Assembly: GCA_013239625.1 (NCBI GenBank)
Contig: MU054001.1
Coordinates: 5,691,078 to 5,755,077, forward strand
Direction of reading: 5' to 3'
Origin: Lama guanicoe
Lineage: Eukaryota
DNA: 64,000 nt
Within the stretch, counting starts at the first letter, position 1. Every line of letters starts with the position of its first letter. Both the position numbers and the translations under genes were made by a program. Positions 1 through 12,760 of the stretch are shown here, in pieces. The notes under the pieces are model-generated. The model was not told the DNA's origin and made no database searches. It saw only the letters and a program-made list of their open reading frames with translations.

Positions 1-3000
1 GCAAATGCACAAAAAGATAGCTTGAGGTCCTTGATAAACCTCACTCTTCTTTTCTTCTGAGGAAGATACAAAATTGGCAACGTCTTTGTACTGCAAAGCT
101 TATAATACACTGCAATGCTAGTGGGCTTCCCTTAGAATGTTAGTGTTATGACAGCTTCTAAATAAACCCCCTGGCCATTTTTTTTTATACCCCAGAAATA
201 GCAGAGAGTTCCAGGCCATTCTGTGCTGTGTCTGGATGCTGCGAGAATGAGTGAATCGAAGCTGCATCACCTGAGTCAAACTTGGAACTTCACATTTCTT
301 GGGAGCTAACTCTCCATCCAGCCACAGTCCCATGGATGTTGGCAGAAGACAGGAGATTCCTGGGTCAGAGGCAAAGGAAGGGATTACTCACAGCAAGAGC
401 AGCAGCCGAGTCCCTGTATTTTCTTGTGCCAGTTTCCCAAGCCCCAGTCCCCACAGGGAGAGGTGAAGGGGACCAGGCAGCACGCGCACTTACAGTGGGC
501 TGCATTACAGGATGGGGACTCTGCGTGTATTCGGGAATCCAGATCCCTTATAATGGGCACTGAGCCCATTTGCTCCAGAGCAAAGCATTCTATCTTCCAA
601 GGCTGCTCTTTGCTCTGGACAGAGGCACCACGTCTCTCTTCAAAGACCGTTCACTACCCAGACATCTTTAAAACATCCTGTTTTATTTAAGAGACCCAGA
701 GACAATTGTCTCCCAGAAGCAGGGTTCTACTTTTCCTGATGCTTTGAGTTAAATAATGGGAATCATAACCAATAAGTAGCAGTACATTCAAATAGATCAA
801 AATTTACCATGTGCTCCTTGGTTGTGGAGGGCAGGGTGGTCAGAAAATAAATTAATAAAGGGCTCTTTGAGGAGGTGATAAAGAAGCTGAGGCCAGATTT
901 ACAGAGTCACATGAAGATCCAGGGTAAGAGAGGCAGGCAAGGGCCAGACGCTGTCGGGCAGGAGTTGGGACTGTCCTCTGGTATGGTGAGAAGCCACCAG
1001 AGGGTTTAAAGCAGGCTTCTAGGTCACACAACCAACGTGGAAATACAGCACTCAAAGGGGCACCTCCTGGTTCTAGTGTCCCAGGCTTCAGGTCATCCAT
1101 GTGAATAAAGGGGACATTCAGCCAAAGTCAATTAAAAACCTAGTTTTCAGTGGGTCCTCATGGAGCAGCAGAAAGCCATGGTCTCTGCACCGGCAGCCTG
1201 GGCCTTTGGGACACAACTCCAGAGCAGAACTGACACCAGACCCTCCGCTCCTGAGTCTGGCCTTTTTAATAGCTGACCCCGCCCGGGTAGCGGAGCGTGC
1301 ACAGTGCTAGAGGGACAGACCCAGCCAAGAGCAGAGTGCGGCCTCATGGGTGAGGCCACCCGGGCTCCCATCCCAGCCTAGCTGCAGCCTCCGATGGTTA
1401 CCTAGCCTCTCTAGGGCCGCTCTGTCCTCTGTAACTGAGGACCACAGTGGTGCCTCTTCCATGGGGTGGTAATGAGGGAGGCAGGAGGAGCTCAGTACAG
1501 CGTGGGGCCCAAAGAGGGCTTCAACCCACATTCAAAGTCAAGCCAAGAGGGGCCGCAGCCCGGGGAACAAGACCTGTGAGCTGTGCAGACACGGCAGGAC
1601 ACTGAGGGCCTCAGGGAGGCGGGATGGCTTTCTCAGTCCCTCCAGCAGCTCCACCAGGCTCTGTCACTTGTCCTGGAAAGTGGTAAAGAAATAAAAGGTG
1701 ACAGGGAGGCAGAGGGGTGTGAAGAAATGGACTTCGGACTCAGACAGACCTCGGTGTGAAGGCCAGCTGCACCACTGCCTGCCTGTAACGACCTTGGCTG
1801 GGCTGGTTACACTTCCCGAACTTTCTTTTCCTTGTTTATAAAGTGGGGAGATCCTACCAGAGTGAGGATTAGGTGAGTTCATGTTTAGTGGCCGACACAG
1901 AGTGGATGTCCAGTAACTAGTACGTCTTCCAGGGCCTTTTCATTTTTTTCAGTAAAGATTGGCCCCTGTGCACAGGATGAGAGCTGGAAAGGCGTTTCTG
2001 GGGGGACACCTCCACTTCACAGGTGGGGAGATTCCGAGGGAAGGACAGCCCTCAGTGGGCAGGCCGCAGGGGTCTTCTCCACCTCCCTGGCCCTGGCTCT
2101 GCCCCTTTCCGTGGGGCCCCTATGACCCAGCTTTGCTGAGACGGAGGGAAGACATCTGAGATCCCGGCTACGGGGTGAGTTGGAGAAACCTAACCCTGCT
2201 GGGAGCTCTGTCAGCTCCCCAGGCGGGCCTGCATCAATTAGTTTAATAGGCTCTTTTGTGCGGGGCTCCAGCCAGGGAGCAGGAGGGGCAGATATTTATT
2301 TGCTTTTTCCTTCACCACCTGGGTTTCACAGATGCGCATCCTTATATTGACTTTGGGGCCCTCAGTGTCAGGGAAATCTAGGCTTGCCTGTCCCCGTTGC
2401 CATAACAACAAGGCCCTGAAGGGTGCCAGATGCATAACGTCCTGCCTTGTTCCTGAATACCCAGAAAAAAAATGTGAACACTCAGATCTTATACTCTTTC
2501 CAAGAAAAAAAAAAATAAAAGAAGAAAAGAAAAAACACTATAGTTAGCACAAATTATAGAATCGCACAAAAATTATTTGGAAGCTGCTGAATGACTTACT
2601 TAATAAGACGTCTACCTGCCAGGGCTTTCATTTCATGGCTCAGCCCCAGATGTCCCCTCTCATGGCCTTTGGGGCTTTCAATACTGATCAAGCTGGCGAA
2701 GGATATCTAGAAATCTGACAATCACCCGTGACCCCCCAAGCACCAAGTGTCTAGGATCAGTGGCAAAAACTCAGTTCTCCACTCCATGAATATCTCACTT
2801 TTCTGGGCCAAACATTTAGCAGTCTGCTGGGGATTGAACATCCAAATCCATTTTCACATACATATCCTGTGCTTTTCCACTAAATTGAATTCTACCAGGT
2901 GGGGTTGGGCAGGAGAAGTTTGCATTATTAGTTAGAGAAGGAAACCCAGTATTTTTTTCTCTTTGTGTTTAGGAAATCATTTTAGTTGGAACATTCAGCC

Positions 3001-4049
3001 ACCAAAAGAGAGCGGACCAAGGAATTATCTACAAATTGGAGCCTTTTAAATTCTAGAAACTCTTAAAGCGATCTCTAACAATAATCACTGGTTTTCTATT
3101 TCTAGTCTCTTTTCATCCTAAAACTTCCCTTCAAGGAGTCTAGAAAGTGTAAACTCAAAGGGGACAAGAAACAGATACTTATTCTAAGGGAGTTTGCCTA
3201 AAACAAATCAAAGAAGGAGGAAGTATTCTTTAAAGGTAGGTGTGAAGGTGCTAGAGTTCCCACACAGCCCCAGTCACAACTTCTAACAACCCGCTTTCAC
3301 CTCAGGTTGCAACATCACAAATTAAACAGAGACATTTTTCACATCACCAATCAGTCTGACATTACTGTTAGGATTCTGCCATTAAGCCCTGTATCCTTCT
3401 ATCCTCCGTCATACCTTCCCTTCCTTCCATCCTTCCTTCCTTCTTTTCCTCGCTAAAAACTTTTCAATCACCTTCACTGTCTGCTATGGGGAAAGCAAAC
3501 ACAGAGAAGTCACAGTCCCTGTGCAATTTGGTTGCGGGGACAAGACATACAGACACTTAACAGAGAACAAAAAGGGTGGGATGCTGGCCAAAGTGTGTTC
3601 CTGGAGGCTCTGCTCCTTCACAACAAAGCTGGGAAAGAGTCTTTGAAAGTGCCCTCTTTAAATTGGCTCTTGAAAGAAGGGAGAAGATGGATTGGCAGAG
3701 AGGTGGCCTTCCTGGAAGGGAAGGTGATGAGGTGTCAGGGAAGGAACAATCAGCCGAGAGGTAGGAGAACTTGGGGTGCATCCAAGCTGTCTTGAAGTAA
3801 GAGCTGTATTGGTGGGGATAAGGGGACCCGGGGTCTTCAAAGCCATTTCCCATGCTAATTGTCTATGATCAGTCTGTGATTCTGTGAGTCAGAAGAAATA
3901 CAGAGCTGTCAGGCTTCTGTTCCTAGTGTGTGTGACACCTGTCTGTAGTCCAATGGGACTGTGTCCTTCCCAGGACCTCTGCGTGTCCCTTTCCCTCTGC
4001 CTGGAATTCATTTCCTCTGGATCAGCTCTGTTCAATAGGCCCTTCAGGT

Positions 4050-4161
4050 GGGGGAGATATAGCTCAGTGGTAGAGTGTGTGCTTAGCATACATGAGGTCC
4101 TGGATTCAACTCCCAGTACCTCCATTAAAAATAAATTTAAAAAAACCTAATTACCCATCCC
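4050..4161 (+). mobile_element. tRNA-derived SINE (camelid Vic-type)
   Basis: Head ggggagatatagctcagtggtagag...ggattcaactcccagtacctcc with A/B boxes, an A-rich tail and the aacctaattacc motif. Confidence 0.88.
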
Positions 4162-4474
4162 TGCATTCTATCCCCGCCCCCAATTTTTTTTTTTAAAGAA
4201 CTTTCTGGGATGATGAGAATGTTCTATTACTAGTGCCATCTTATACAGTAGCAGTGAAGCAAAATGTGAGTATCACATACTGGAAATGTGGCTAGCGTGA
4301 CCAAGGAATACATTCTTTATTTGACTTAATTTTCATTAATTCCTATTTAATTAGCCACTGTGGCCTCCATATTGAACAGCACGGCCCCAGATTTTCTCAT
4401 GGCTGACTCCTTTGCACTGTTCAGATCTCACTTCTCAACCACCCTCTCAGAGAAGCTATCCCTTAGGACTGCCA

Positions 4475-4950
4475 CCTGCAGAAGGGAGACGACTGCCCCC
4501 CACCGAAGATGCCCACATCTTAATCCCCTGAATCTGTGACGATATTACATTATATGGCAAAAGGAAATTAAGGTTGTAGATGGAATTACGTTGCTAATCA
4601 GCTGACCTTGAAATGAGAAGGTTATCCTGTATTTTCTGGGTGGGCTTAATTTAATCACAAAATCGTTAAAAGTAGAAGTACAGGAACGGCGTGGGTTAGT
4701 GAATGAAATGGATGAGAAAGGAGCAAAGATTTGAAGTGTTCAAACACTTGCTCAACAACCTGAATGAGCAAGGACGTGGGTTCTCCCCTGGAGCCTCCAG
4801 AAAGAAGCATGGCTGTTTCACACCTTGATTTTAGTCCTCTGAGGTCCTACCAGACTTCCAACCTACAGAATTATAAGATAATACATTTGCATTGTTTTAA
4901 ACCACTAAGTTTGTGGTCATCTCAGCAGCAATAGGAAACTGATAGACTAC
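4475..4950 (+). mobile_element. MLT1-type MaLR solo LTR
   Basis: gatggaattacgttgctaatcagctgaccttg...ccactaagtttgtggt...cagcaataggaaactgata. Confidence 0.8.
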
Positions 4951-6009
4951 CTGTAACAGACCAGCTCAGACCCTCCTCTGGCCATGCCCCTCGGGAGTGA
5001 GAAGTCTAAGGTCCTAGAGAGAAGTGCCCACCCAGAGCCCCACTTCTAATCACACTTCAGCTACCTGCATCTTGGAATCTCTGTTCAAGGGCCCTGGGAC
5101 TGCTCCCAAGACCATGTGCACTTTTGCCTCCAGAAGGTGGAGGGAACCACAGAGAACACTGCTTATGCATGTTTGGGAGAGGGTGGGGCCAAAGCTGGGA
5201 CACTGTGCTGCAGTGCCACCCAAGCCCAGGGGAGAGGCCCCTTAATGCACGGGACAGGGTTGGGCACGGGAGCATGGTAAAGAAGGTCAGGAGGAGGGTT
5301 AAAGGTCAAGCTGTTTCCCCGTGCTGCCAGGTTCCAGCATGAACTCTGGGAAATCCACAGATTTGAAATTTGAACATGGTATTATGGTATTCTGGGTCTT
5401 TATGAGAGTGTATCTGTCCTTGTAGGAGAATAGAACATATTCTCATTAATAGTCTATTAGTTTGATCATATATTTTAAATACTTAGACATGTGTCTGGAG
5501 CCTCTGTTTAAATTCTTGGTCTGGCCCCTACAATTTTGGGGACAGTCCTATTGCTTACTCCTTACCAGTAATTGCACTCCCCCATCTAGTCAATCTCCCC
5601 ATCACCTTGTTTAATTTTCTCCATAACATCTAATGCTGTCTGGAATTATTTATGTGCTTGCTTGTATCAAAACTGCCTTTCCCCATTAAAAGGTAAACTC
5701 CAGAGAACAGGTCTGTCTTGCTCAAGGCTGCTATACCAGCGCCTAGATGGAGGAGGTGTTTAATTGGTTTTTGTTGGGTGAGTGGACAGGCAAATGCATT
5801 GAGGAGGAAGGGGTTTGCAGCTGGGCAGAGATGTTTTGCTTTGTGGTCTTAGTGTAACCACTGCCCTTTGTGTAAGCTCAACCCTTCCCAACTCTGGAGA
5901 ATTGGAATTAGAGTCCTTGAAGTCTCTCTAGGTTTTAAATTTCTAAGATGTTCTAGGAAAAAGGGGAAACCCTTGTTGTTCCTGGTCAGGAGGCTCCTAT
6001 TGTTGACTT

Positions 6010-6570
6010 TATGACTTACATATTGACTTATATCAAATTACCCCAAATTTAGCAGCTAAAAACAACAACCATAGATTATTAAACAGTTTCTGTGGGTCTG
6101 GAATTTGGGAGTGGCTTAGCTCTGTGGTTCTGACTCAAAGTCTCATGAGTTTGCGGTCAAGCTGTCGGCTGGCTGGGGCTGCCATCATCTGAAGGCTTGA
6201 CTGGGGCTGGAGGATCCCTTCCAAGACAGTCCATTCACAAGGCTGTTGGCTGGAGGCCTCAGTTCCATGCTGGCTGCTGGTGACCAGCTCTGGTTGCTCA
6301 CCATGTGGACTTCTCTAGAGGGTCACTTGAGTGTTCTCATGACAAACTGGCTGGATCCCCTGGAGCAAGTGATCCAAAAGAGAGAAAGAAAAGAAGGAAG
6401 GCAAAATGCCTTTTTGTGATTTCTCTTGAAACTGACACATCATCACTTTTGTCTTATTTTATTTGTTAGAAATGAGTCACCAAGTCCAACCCACACTGAA
6501 GGGTTGGGAGACTAAGCTCCATTTTTTAAAAGAAAGTATTATTTGTGGATATATTTTTAAGCCATCACAA
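6010..6570 (-). mobile_element. MLT1-type MaLR LTR
   Basis: cagtttctgtgggtctggaatttgggagtggcttagc...catctgaaggcttgactggggctggagga. Confidence 0.75.
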
Positions 6571-7894
6571 TGACCGGGATGGGTCCTGCTTCCTTGCAAA
6601 GGCTAATCTTCCTCCTTGCTTTTTCTTCCTTTAACTGTCACTTCTTGCTTCTCTTGGGTCTTTGAATCTTTCACCATTTTCTCTCAATTCTGTCTCTCTT
6701 ATTTCCTCTGGTCACAGAAGTACGCAGACCCCAGGCATTCTCACAAGTCCCCTTTCCTCCTAGTGGTCATCCCTCTAGTTATGGGTCATGGAGCCTCATT
6801 AGTGCCCCTCCCCCCACCTGCACTTTTTATCTCACTCCTCTACTGGTTCCTCCCCTTCCTTCCTCTCTCAGAACACAGACATTCCCTAATGCCCTTTGGT
6901 TTCTCTGTACGCTCTTGTCCTTGAAACTCTCATTGGCTTCTGTGATTTGAGCCATCCCTTCTAGGTAGATGATAGCCCAATGCACACTCTTAAGTTCCAC
7001 TCCCAATTTTCCTCCTGTCTGCTGCACCTCTCCGGCTGGATACCCCAGGGGCCACTCAGCCTGCCGTGTCTACATTTAGCCCTCCTTCTCCAATCTGCTC
7101 AGCATCCCATAATCACCAGGATTCAAAACTTCAGGCTCTCTGACCCCTCCCTCTTCCCCAACTCACACATCCATTTCACCACTAAGCCCTTCGGGTTTTA
7201 CCACCATGACAGTGTCGCTAATCTACTATGAGAGCCTGTGAATTGGTCTTTCTGTCTCCAGGTTACCAGGTCCACTACTTCCTGCTCAGATTGCCCAGAT
7301 TAATCCTCGTGCATCAGGGCTCTGAGGATGTTACTCCCCCGGCTCAAAAACTTTCAAGGGGTCTTCCTGGTTACAGATTTTCAGCCTGGCCTCCCAGGTC
7401 TTACAATGTGTGAGATGATGGTGTTTCAAACTTTAACCCACAATAGGCTTGAATTCCCAAGACCTGAGATGAAATCCTTGATCTGTCATTCATAACCGAT
7501 GTGACCCTGGGCAAGGAGTTTCACTTCTATGAGCCTGAGTTTTGGAGATACCAAAAGGGGAATAGCATTATTTCCAATCAGATGTCTTGAGGATTAAGTG
7601 AGATAATGTACATAGAGTTCTTATTCTTGTTCACATTAGACCAGGAGCTACTCCGCAGCTGCTACAATTACCACCCCATATAAAGATACTTAGCAAAAAG
7701 TGGCTGGCGCAAAGTAGATACTCAGCAAATCAGTGCTTTGCCAAGGTAAGTTACTGGAGTGTGTACCTCTGGTGTTACTTTTATTTTTAAATAATTTATT
7801 CCAGTTGTTTTTCATTTATGATAAATGACTGGATTTCCAAACATATATGTTAACACATTTATTCTTTTGTTTGTTTGTTAACACATTTATTCTA

Positions 7895-8335
7895 GATCTG
7901 AGATTGGCAAATCTTTTCTATAAAGGGCCAGAGATATTTTAGGCTGGGGGGGCCATGTATGGTCTATGTCACAACTGTTCAACTCTATTATAGCACAAAA
8001 CAACCATGGGCCACATGTAAATGAATGGGGATAGGTTGTGTCAAAAAAAAAAAGCCTTTTAATGGACACTAAAATTTGGATTTCATATCATTTGTACCTG
8101 TCATTAAATATTACTCTTCTTTTGATGTTTTCCAACCATTTAGAAATGCAAAAACTACTCTTAGCTGGTGGGCCATACAAGAACAGATGGTTGGGGCGGG
8201 GTGGGTAATAGCTCAGTGGTAGAGCACATGCTTAGCATGCACAAGGTCCAGGGTTCAATCCCCAGCACCTCCATGAAAAAAAAAGAACAGATGGTGAGCT
8301 AGATTTGGTCTGTGAGGCCATTTGCTGACCCCTGG
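7895..8335. mobile_element. MER58-like hAT MITE
   Basis: ttggcaaatcttttctataaagggccaga ... gtttgctgacccctg-type termini. Confidence 0.7.
8192..8282 (+). mobile_element. tRNA-derived SINE with 13-bp TSD, inserted in a MER58-like element
   Basis: Same SINE head; TSD aagaacagatggt at 8179-8191 and 8283-8295. Confidence 0.9.
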
Positions 8336-8594
8336 TATACAGTATTCATTACATTTAAACAATAAACAATGAATTGGTTTAAGAATAATATGAAGAAGAG
8401 TACAGATGATATGTGGATCTAGAGAATATTCTGACAGTGGCGCAAGAATCATCTAAGTTGGGACAAAACACCCATAAATGTTTATTGTCCATAAATCTCT
8501 ACAACCTGATTCACCCTCGCTGACCAGTTGCATCTCCTCCAGGGTCCCGCTGGGTTTCTGTTTCCCTACTCACCCTGCACGTTCCTTTGGTCTG

Positions 8595-9045
8595 GAATAC
8601 CCTCTGGATTATTTTTACTCCCAATACTTTTGACTCCAAAGTTGTGGGATTTTTCTACACCAACAACCTGTTCGACTCTCCAGACACCAGCTTGGTGTCC
8701 CACAGTGCAACCCTGTCCTGACACTGTCTACCTGGAGTCCGCATCGGCCCAGCAGGCTGAAGGGCACAGTCCCACAAGACTGCCCTCACTCAGATTCTGG
8801 TCCCACGTACTGGGTCCTCCACGTACTCACACTTCTGTCTGACTTGATTACAAAGTTGGAAGTTTCCACAACCCCCTCCTTTCAGATTTGACAATTTGCT
8901 AAAACAGCTCATAGAACTTGGGAAAGTGCTTTACTTTCCACTACCAGCTTATTTTATGATTATAAAGAATACGAAGGAACAGCTAGATGGAGAGGTACAT
9001 AGGGCAAGAAATGGAAGGGTCTGGAACACGAGCTTCTGTTAGGAA
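8595..9045. mobile_element. MER21-like LTR fragment
   Basis: ctccagacaccagcttggtgtccc...acactgtctacctggag...cagtcccacaagactgccc. Confidence 0.6.
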
Positions 9046-9069
9046 CAAAGACCAAACTATATATTTCTT

Positions 9070-9173
9070 CTTTTTCTTCTTCTTTTTAATCTTAATAGAG
9101 GTACTTGGGATTGAACCCGAGACCTTGTGCACCCTAAGCACATGCTCTACCCCTGAACTATACCCTCTCCCCA
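9070..9173 (-). mobile_element. tRNA-derived SINE
   Basis: Reverse-complement SINE head flanked by the direct repeat atatttctt. Confidence 0.88.
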
Positions 9174-10849
9174 TATTTCTTATTTATCATATCACCCATT
9201 CCCCTTATGCTCACTAAAATCATATCCTGTAAGGGCCACATTAAATACCATTGTATTAAAAGTCCTCCGGTGATCCCTCCCTCCCCCACAAATGGTATTG
9301 TCTCTTCTCTGCCCTTCTCCTCGTGCCTCCTCCCTCAGTAACAGCCTGTTGGCACCTTTGTTACTGTACTGTGTCCTAGTTACTTGGCTGTTTATCTTCT
9401 CAAGACCGAAGTTCTTAAGGTCTGGGACCTTATCTAGCCAAGATTTGGCATTTGTGCCAGGCACTCAGGAGGCATTTCTTGCATTTTGGTTCCTTGAATT
9501 GAAAACGGGATCCGACAGGATTCCGCTGTGGCAGAGATTCACTAAGCAAACGGAAGTCAATGGAGCGGGTCTGGTGGGAGGCTGGGGAGGGAAAGGCCAC
9601 GCCCCCGGGGGCGGCTGCCGAGAGTCCGGCTCAGTCTGCGAGGATGCTGGGCTGCTCTGTATTAGCGAAACCTTCAGGAAGCAGGTCTGAATAGAGAGAA
9701 AAGTAGGGCTTCCTAGAGCTTCCCACGCGTCCGCGAGGCTAAGCCAAGAGCACAGTGAAATTCAACTGCTGATTGTCCCCGGGGCCCCCGGAGAGCCCAG
9801 GTCTGAGAAGGGCCTCTTGATACTCATCATGTCCCAGTTCCAGGAGTGAATCAGGCCCTCGTGCAACTGTCAATGGGCCTTAATCACGAGCCCCATCTCG
9901 CAGGTTCGGTACAGACGAGCTTTGTCATTTCTCTGAGGGGATCATGGCCATTTCTCTTCCAGGCTCAGAGCAACTCCCCCTGCCCCATCTGGCCCTCATG
10001 AGATGGCGATTTAAACCACTCCGGTTACCAGGTTTCGTTAGGTAATCATTCACTGATTAAGCGACAGTGGCCCAAATAACCTTGGTGGTACAGACGCTTT
10101 TTCGAAGCCAGCGGATGTCCTGCCAAATTAAAGGATGTCAGGGTGAGATACTATGAATATCAGTTTCCTTCTCCCTGGCCGCGGAGGGGATTAATTAAAT
10201 GCTTGTGAAGTGCTTTGAAAATTTAAGCTCTTAAGAGTTATTGTTCTGTGTAACAAGGAAAAAATAGAATTCTTGGCTCATTAAATCTGAAATGTTGTAA
10301 GGCTGAGTGCTTTTTTCGGGATAGCTCTGAGGGCTACATTTTTATTAAAAGAAAGAAAGAACAGGAAAGAAAAGAAATGTGTCTGTAATACACATACACA
10401 CGTGCTGGAAAGTCGGCTGGGTTAATCAGTGCTTCTGTTGACTAAGAGATGATCAGCCAGAAGCTGTTTCTTATTGACGACCAAAGAGGCAAGTACTAAG
10501 AATCAAGTGTTCAGATGTGCAGGGACAGTGTCACTAAAATATTAGCAGACACGTATTTGCTTTCTTTCGCCAGCCTGGAGGGATCCAAGAGCCGTGAGGC
10601 CGTCTGCGTGCAAACATTCTCAACATGTCTGGATGGCCTCTTCCATCTTCAAAGAACCAAATGAGGCAGGCATCCTCTGCCCCCACTCTGTCGCTAGAGT
10701 TGCCCAGGGACACTTTTGCTTTGTTTCCAGATGTTCTGTGATATTTGAAAGTGCACCATCCTCGATAGACCCTCACTTCTCTTTTAATCCAGATCGACTG
10801 AGGACTTTTCCTCCTTTTGCATCTATGCCCATTTCTGCCCATTTCCTAT

Positions 10850-11602
10850 GTCTGCTGCAACAATTTAGCACACACATGATGGCTGAAAACAACATAACTG
10901 TATTCTCTGACAGTTCAAGATGTCAAGAGGTCAAAAATCAGTCTCACTGGGCTAAAGTCAAGGCGTTGGCAGGACTGGTTCCAGAGGAGGATCTGTTTCC
11001 TTGCCTTTCCGGCTTTCTGGAGGCTGCCTGCATTTCCTGGCTCCTGGCTCCACCCTGACCTCCGCCTCCAACCTCACAACTTTTTAAATTTTTTTTCCCT
11101 TGGTGGTGTTGGTGGCTTAATTAGGTTTATTTCCTTATTTATCCATTAAATTTTATTTATGTATGTATGTATGTATGTTGAGGGGGAGGTAATTCGATTT
11201 ATTTTTAATAGAAGTACTAGGGATTGAACCCAGGACCTCGCACAGGCTAGGCATTCACTCTCCCACTGAGCTATACCCTCCCCCTATTTATTTATTTTTT
11301 TTAATTGAGGTACTGGGGATTGAACCCAGGACCCCGTGCATGAGCACACACTCCACAGCTGAGCTATACCTTCCCCCTCAACTCACACCTCCTTCTGCCA
11401 GATTCTCCTGCTTCCCTCTTTCCCTTACAAAGACTCTGTGACTACACTGGATGCACCAGGACAGTCCAGGATAATCTCATCTCAAGATCTTTAGCTCAAT
11501 CACATATGCAAAGTCCTTTTTGCCATGCAAGGTAATACATTCACAGGTTGGGGGGGAGGGTTGTGGACCTTTTTTTGGGGAGGACGTTATTCTGTCTACC
11601 AC
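10850..11602 (-). mobile_element. MLT1-type LTR interrupted by SINEs
   Basis: aaatcagtctcactgggctaaagtcaagg...ccaggataatctc...gcaaagtccttttt. Confidence 0.75.
11090..11378 (-). mobile_element. Two nested or tandem tRNA-derived SINEs
   Basis: Two heads (~11210-11285 and ~11305-11378) and two taattaggttt-type tail motifs. Confidence 0.85.
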
Positions 11603-12210
11603 AGTCTCCAACTGCCAGCCCCCTTCTGGTTTGTTCTGTCTGCTCAAGCCAGGGCCTGTTCTAAATGTTTTACATGGATTAACTCATTTCATTTTCACAA
11701 TCACACTAGAAGAGAAGTTGGTTACTACAGATGGGGAAACTGAGGCAAAACTTGCCTGGGGCCATTAATTTAGTACTCAAGCCAAGAACTCACAGATTTT
11801 GTCTTTTAAAGACTTTACTGCTTTTATTGTTTTTAATTATAAAAGTAATACAATATATGTGATTAAAAGTAATTCAAATGAAAATACATCTCCCTGTCCT
11901 TTCCTACATCTTCAGCTGGGCCACCCCTCCTAATAGCCCTTTGCAACTTCAGTGCTTCCAGGAATTACACCTATACCTTAATGTTATACAAACACCTTAA
12001 TTTTTAAATTAATATAGACAGTGGGAGGTAGTTGTCCAGATAACATAACATATACTTTTGTTAATTATTCTAAAACTATTAAAATGAAAATCCTGAATTT
12101 AAAAGTTCTCATCAACTCATCAGCTCTGGAGAGGAATTCACATGTAAACTCTTATAGATCAGTGTACCTGAGTTGAAACATCCAGGCATAGAGCAAAGAG
12201 TGGAGGCTTT

Positions 12211-12361
12211 TAACCATATTCAATATCTTGTAATAATCTTATTGAAAAAGAATATGAAAATGAATATATGTATATATATGCATGATTGGGACATTACACT
12301 ATATACCAGAAATGGACACATTGTAATTGACTATATTTCAATTGAAAAAAAAAAAAAAAAA
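12211..12361 (+). mobile_element. Short 5'-truncated L1 3' end with poly(A)
   Basis: Similar to the L1 3' UTR end at ~61235-61370 (catattcaatatcttgtaataa...gaatat...ttcaatt), with a long A tail. Confidence 0.7.
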
Positions 12362-12618
12362 GAGCAGAGCTTTGCAGCCTGGCAGGCCTGGCTGTCAGCT
12401 TTCACTCCACCACTCATTACTCCGTGCCCTTGGAAAAGTTACTTATCCTTTCTGAGTTTGTTTCCTCATCCATAGGATGCTCCTTTCATATGTGTTGTTA
12501 AAGTCAATAACCTGTAAATTTAAGTACAGGTTAGGAGTTCAATAAATGCTAGTTCTTCCAAGAAAGATGGAACAAATGTCTTCTAACAATTAATAAAAAG
12601 ATATAAAAGAAAAAAACT

Positions 12619-12760
12619 GGGGAGGGAATAGCCCAGTGGTAGAGTGCATGCCTAGCATGCACGAGGTCCTGGGTTCAATCCCCAGTACCTTCATCAAAAA
12701 AAAAAAATATAGGTAAATAAATAAGCTTAATTACCTCCTCCCACAAAAAAAAAAAAAAAA
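12619..12760 (+). mobile_element. tRNA-derived SINE
   Basis: ggggagggaatagcccagtggtagag...ggttcaatccccagtacc followed by A tails. Confidence 0.9.
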
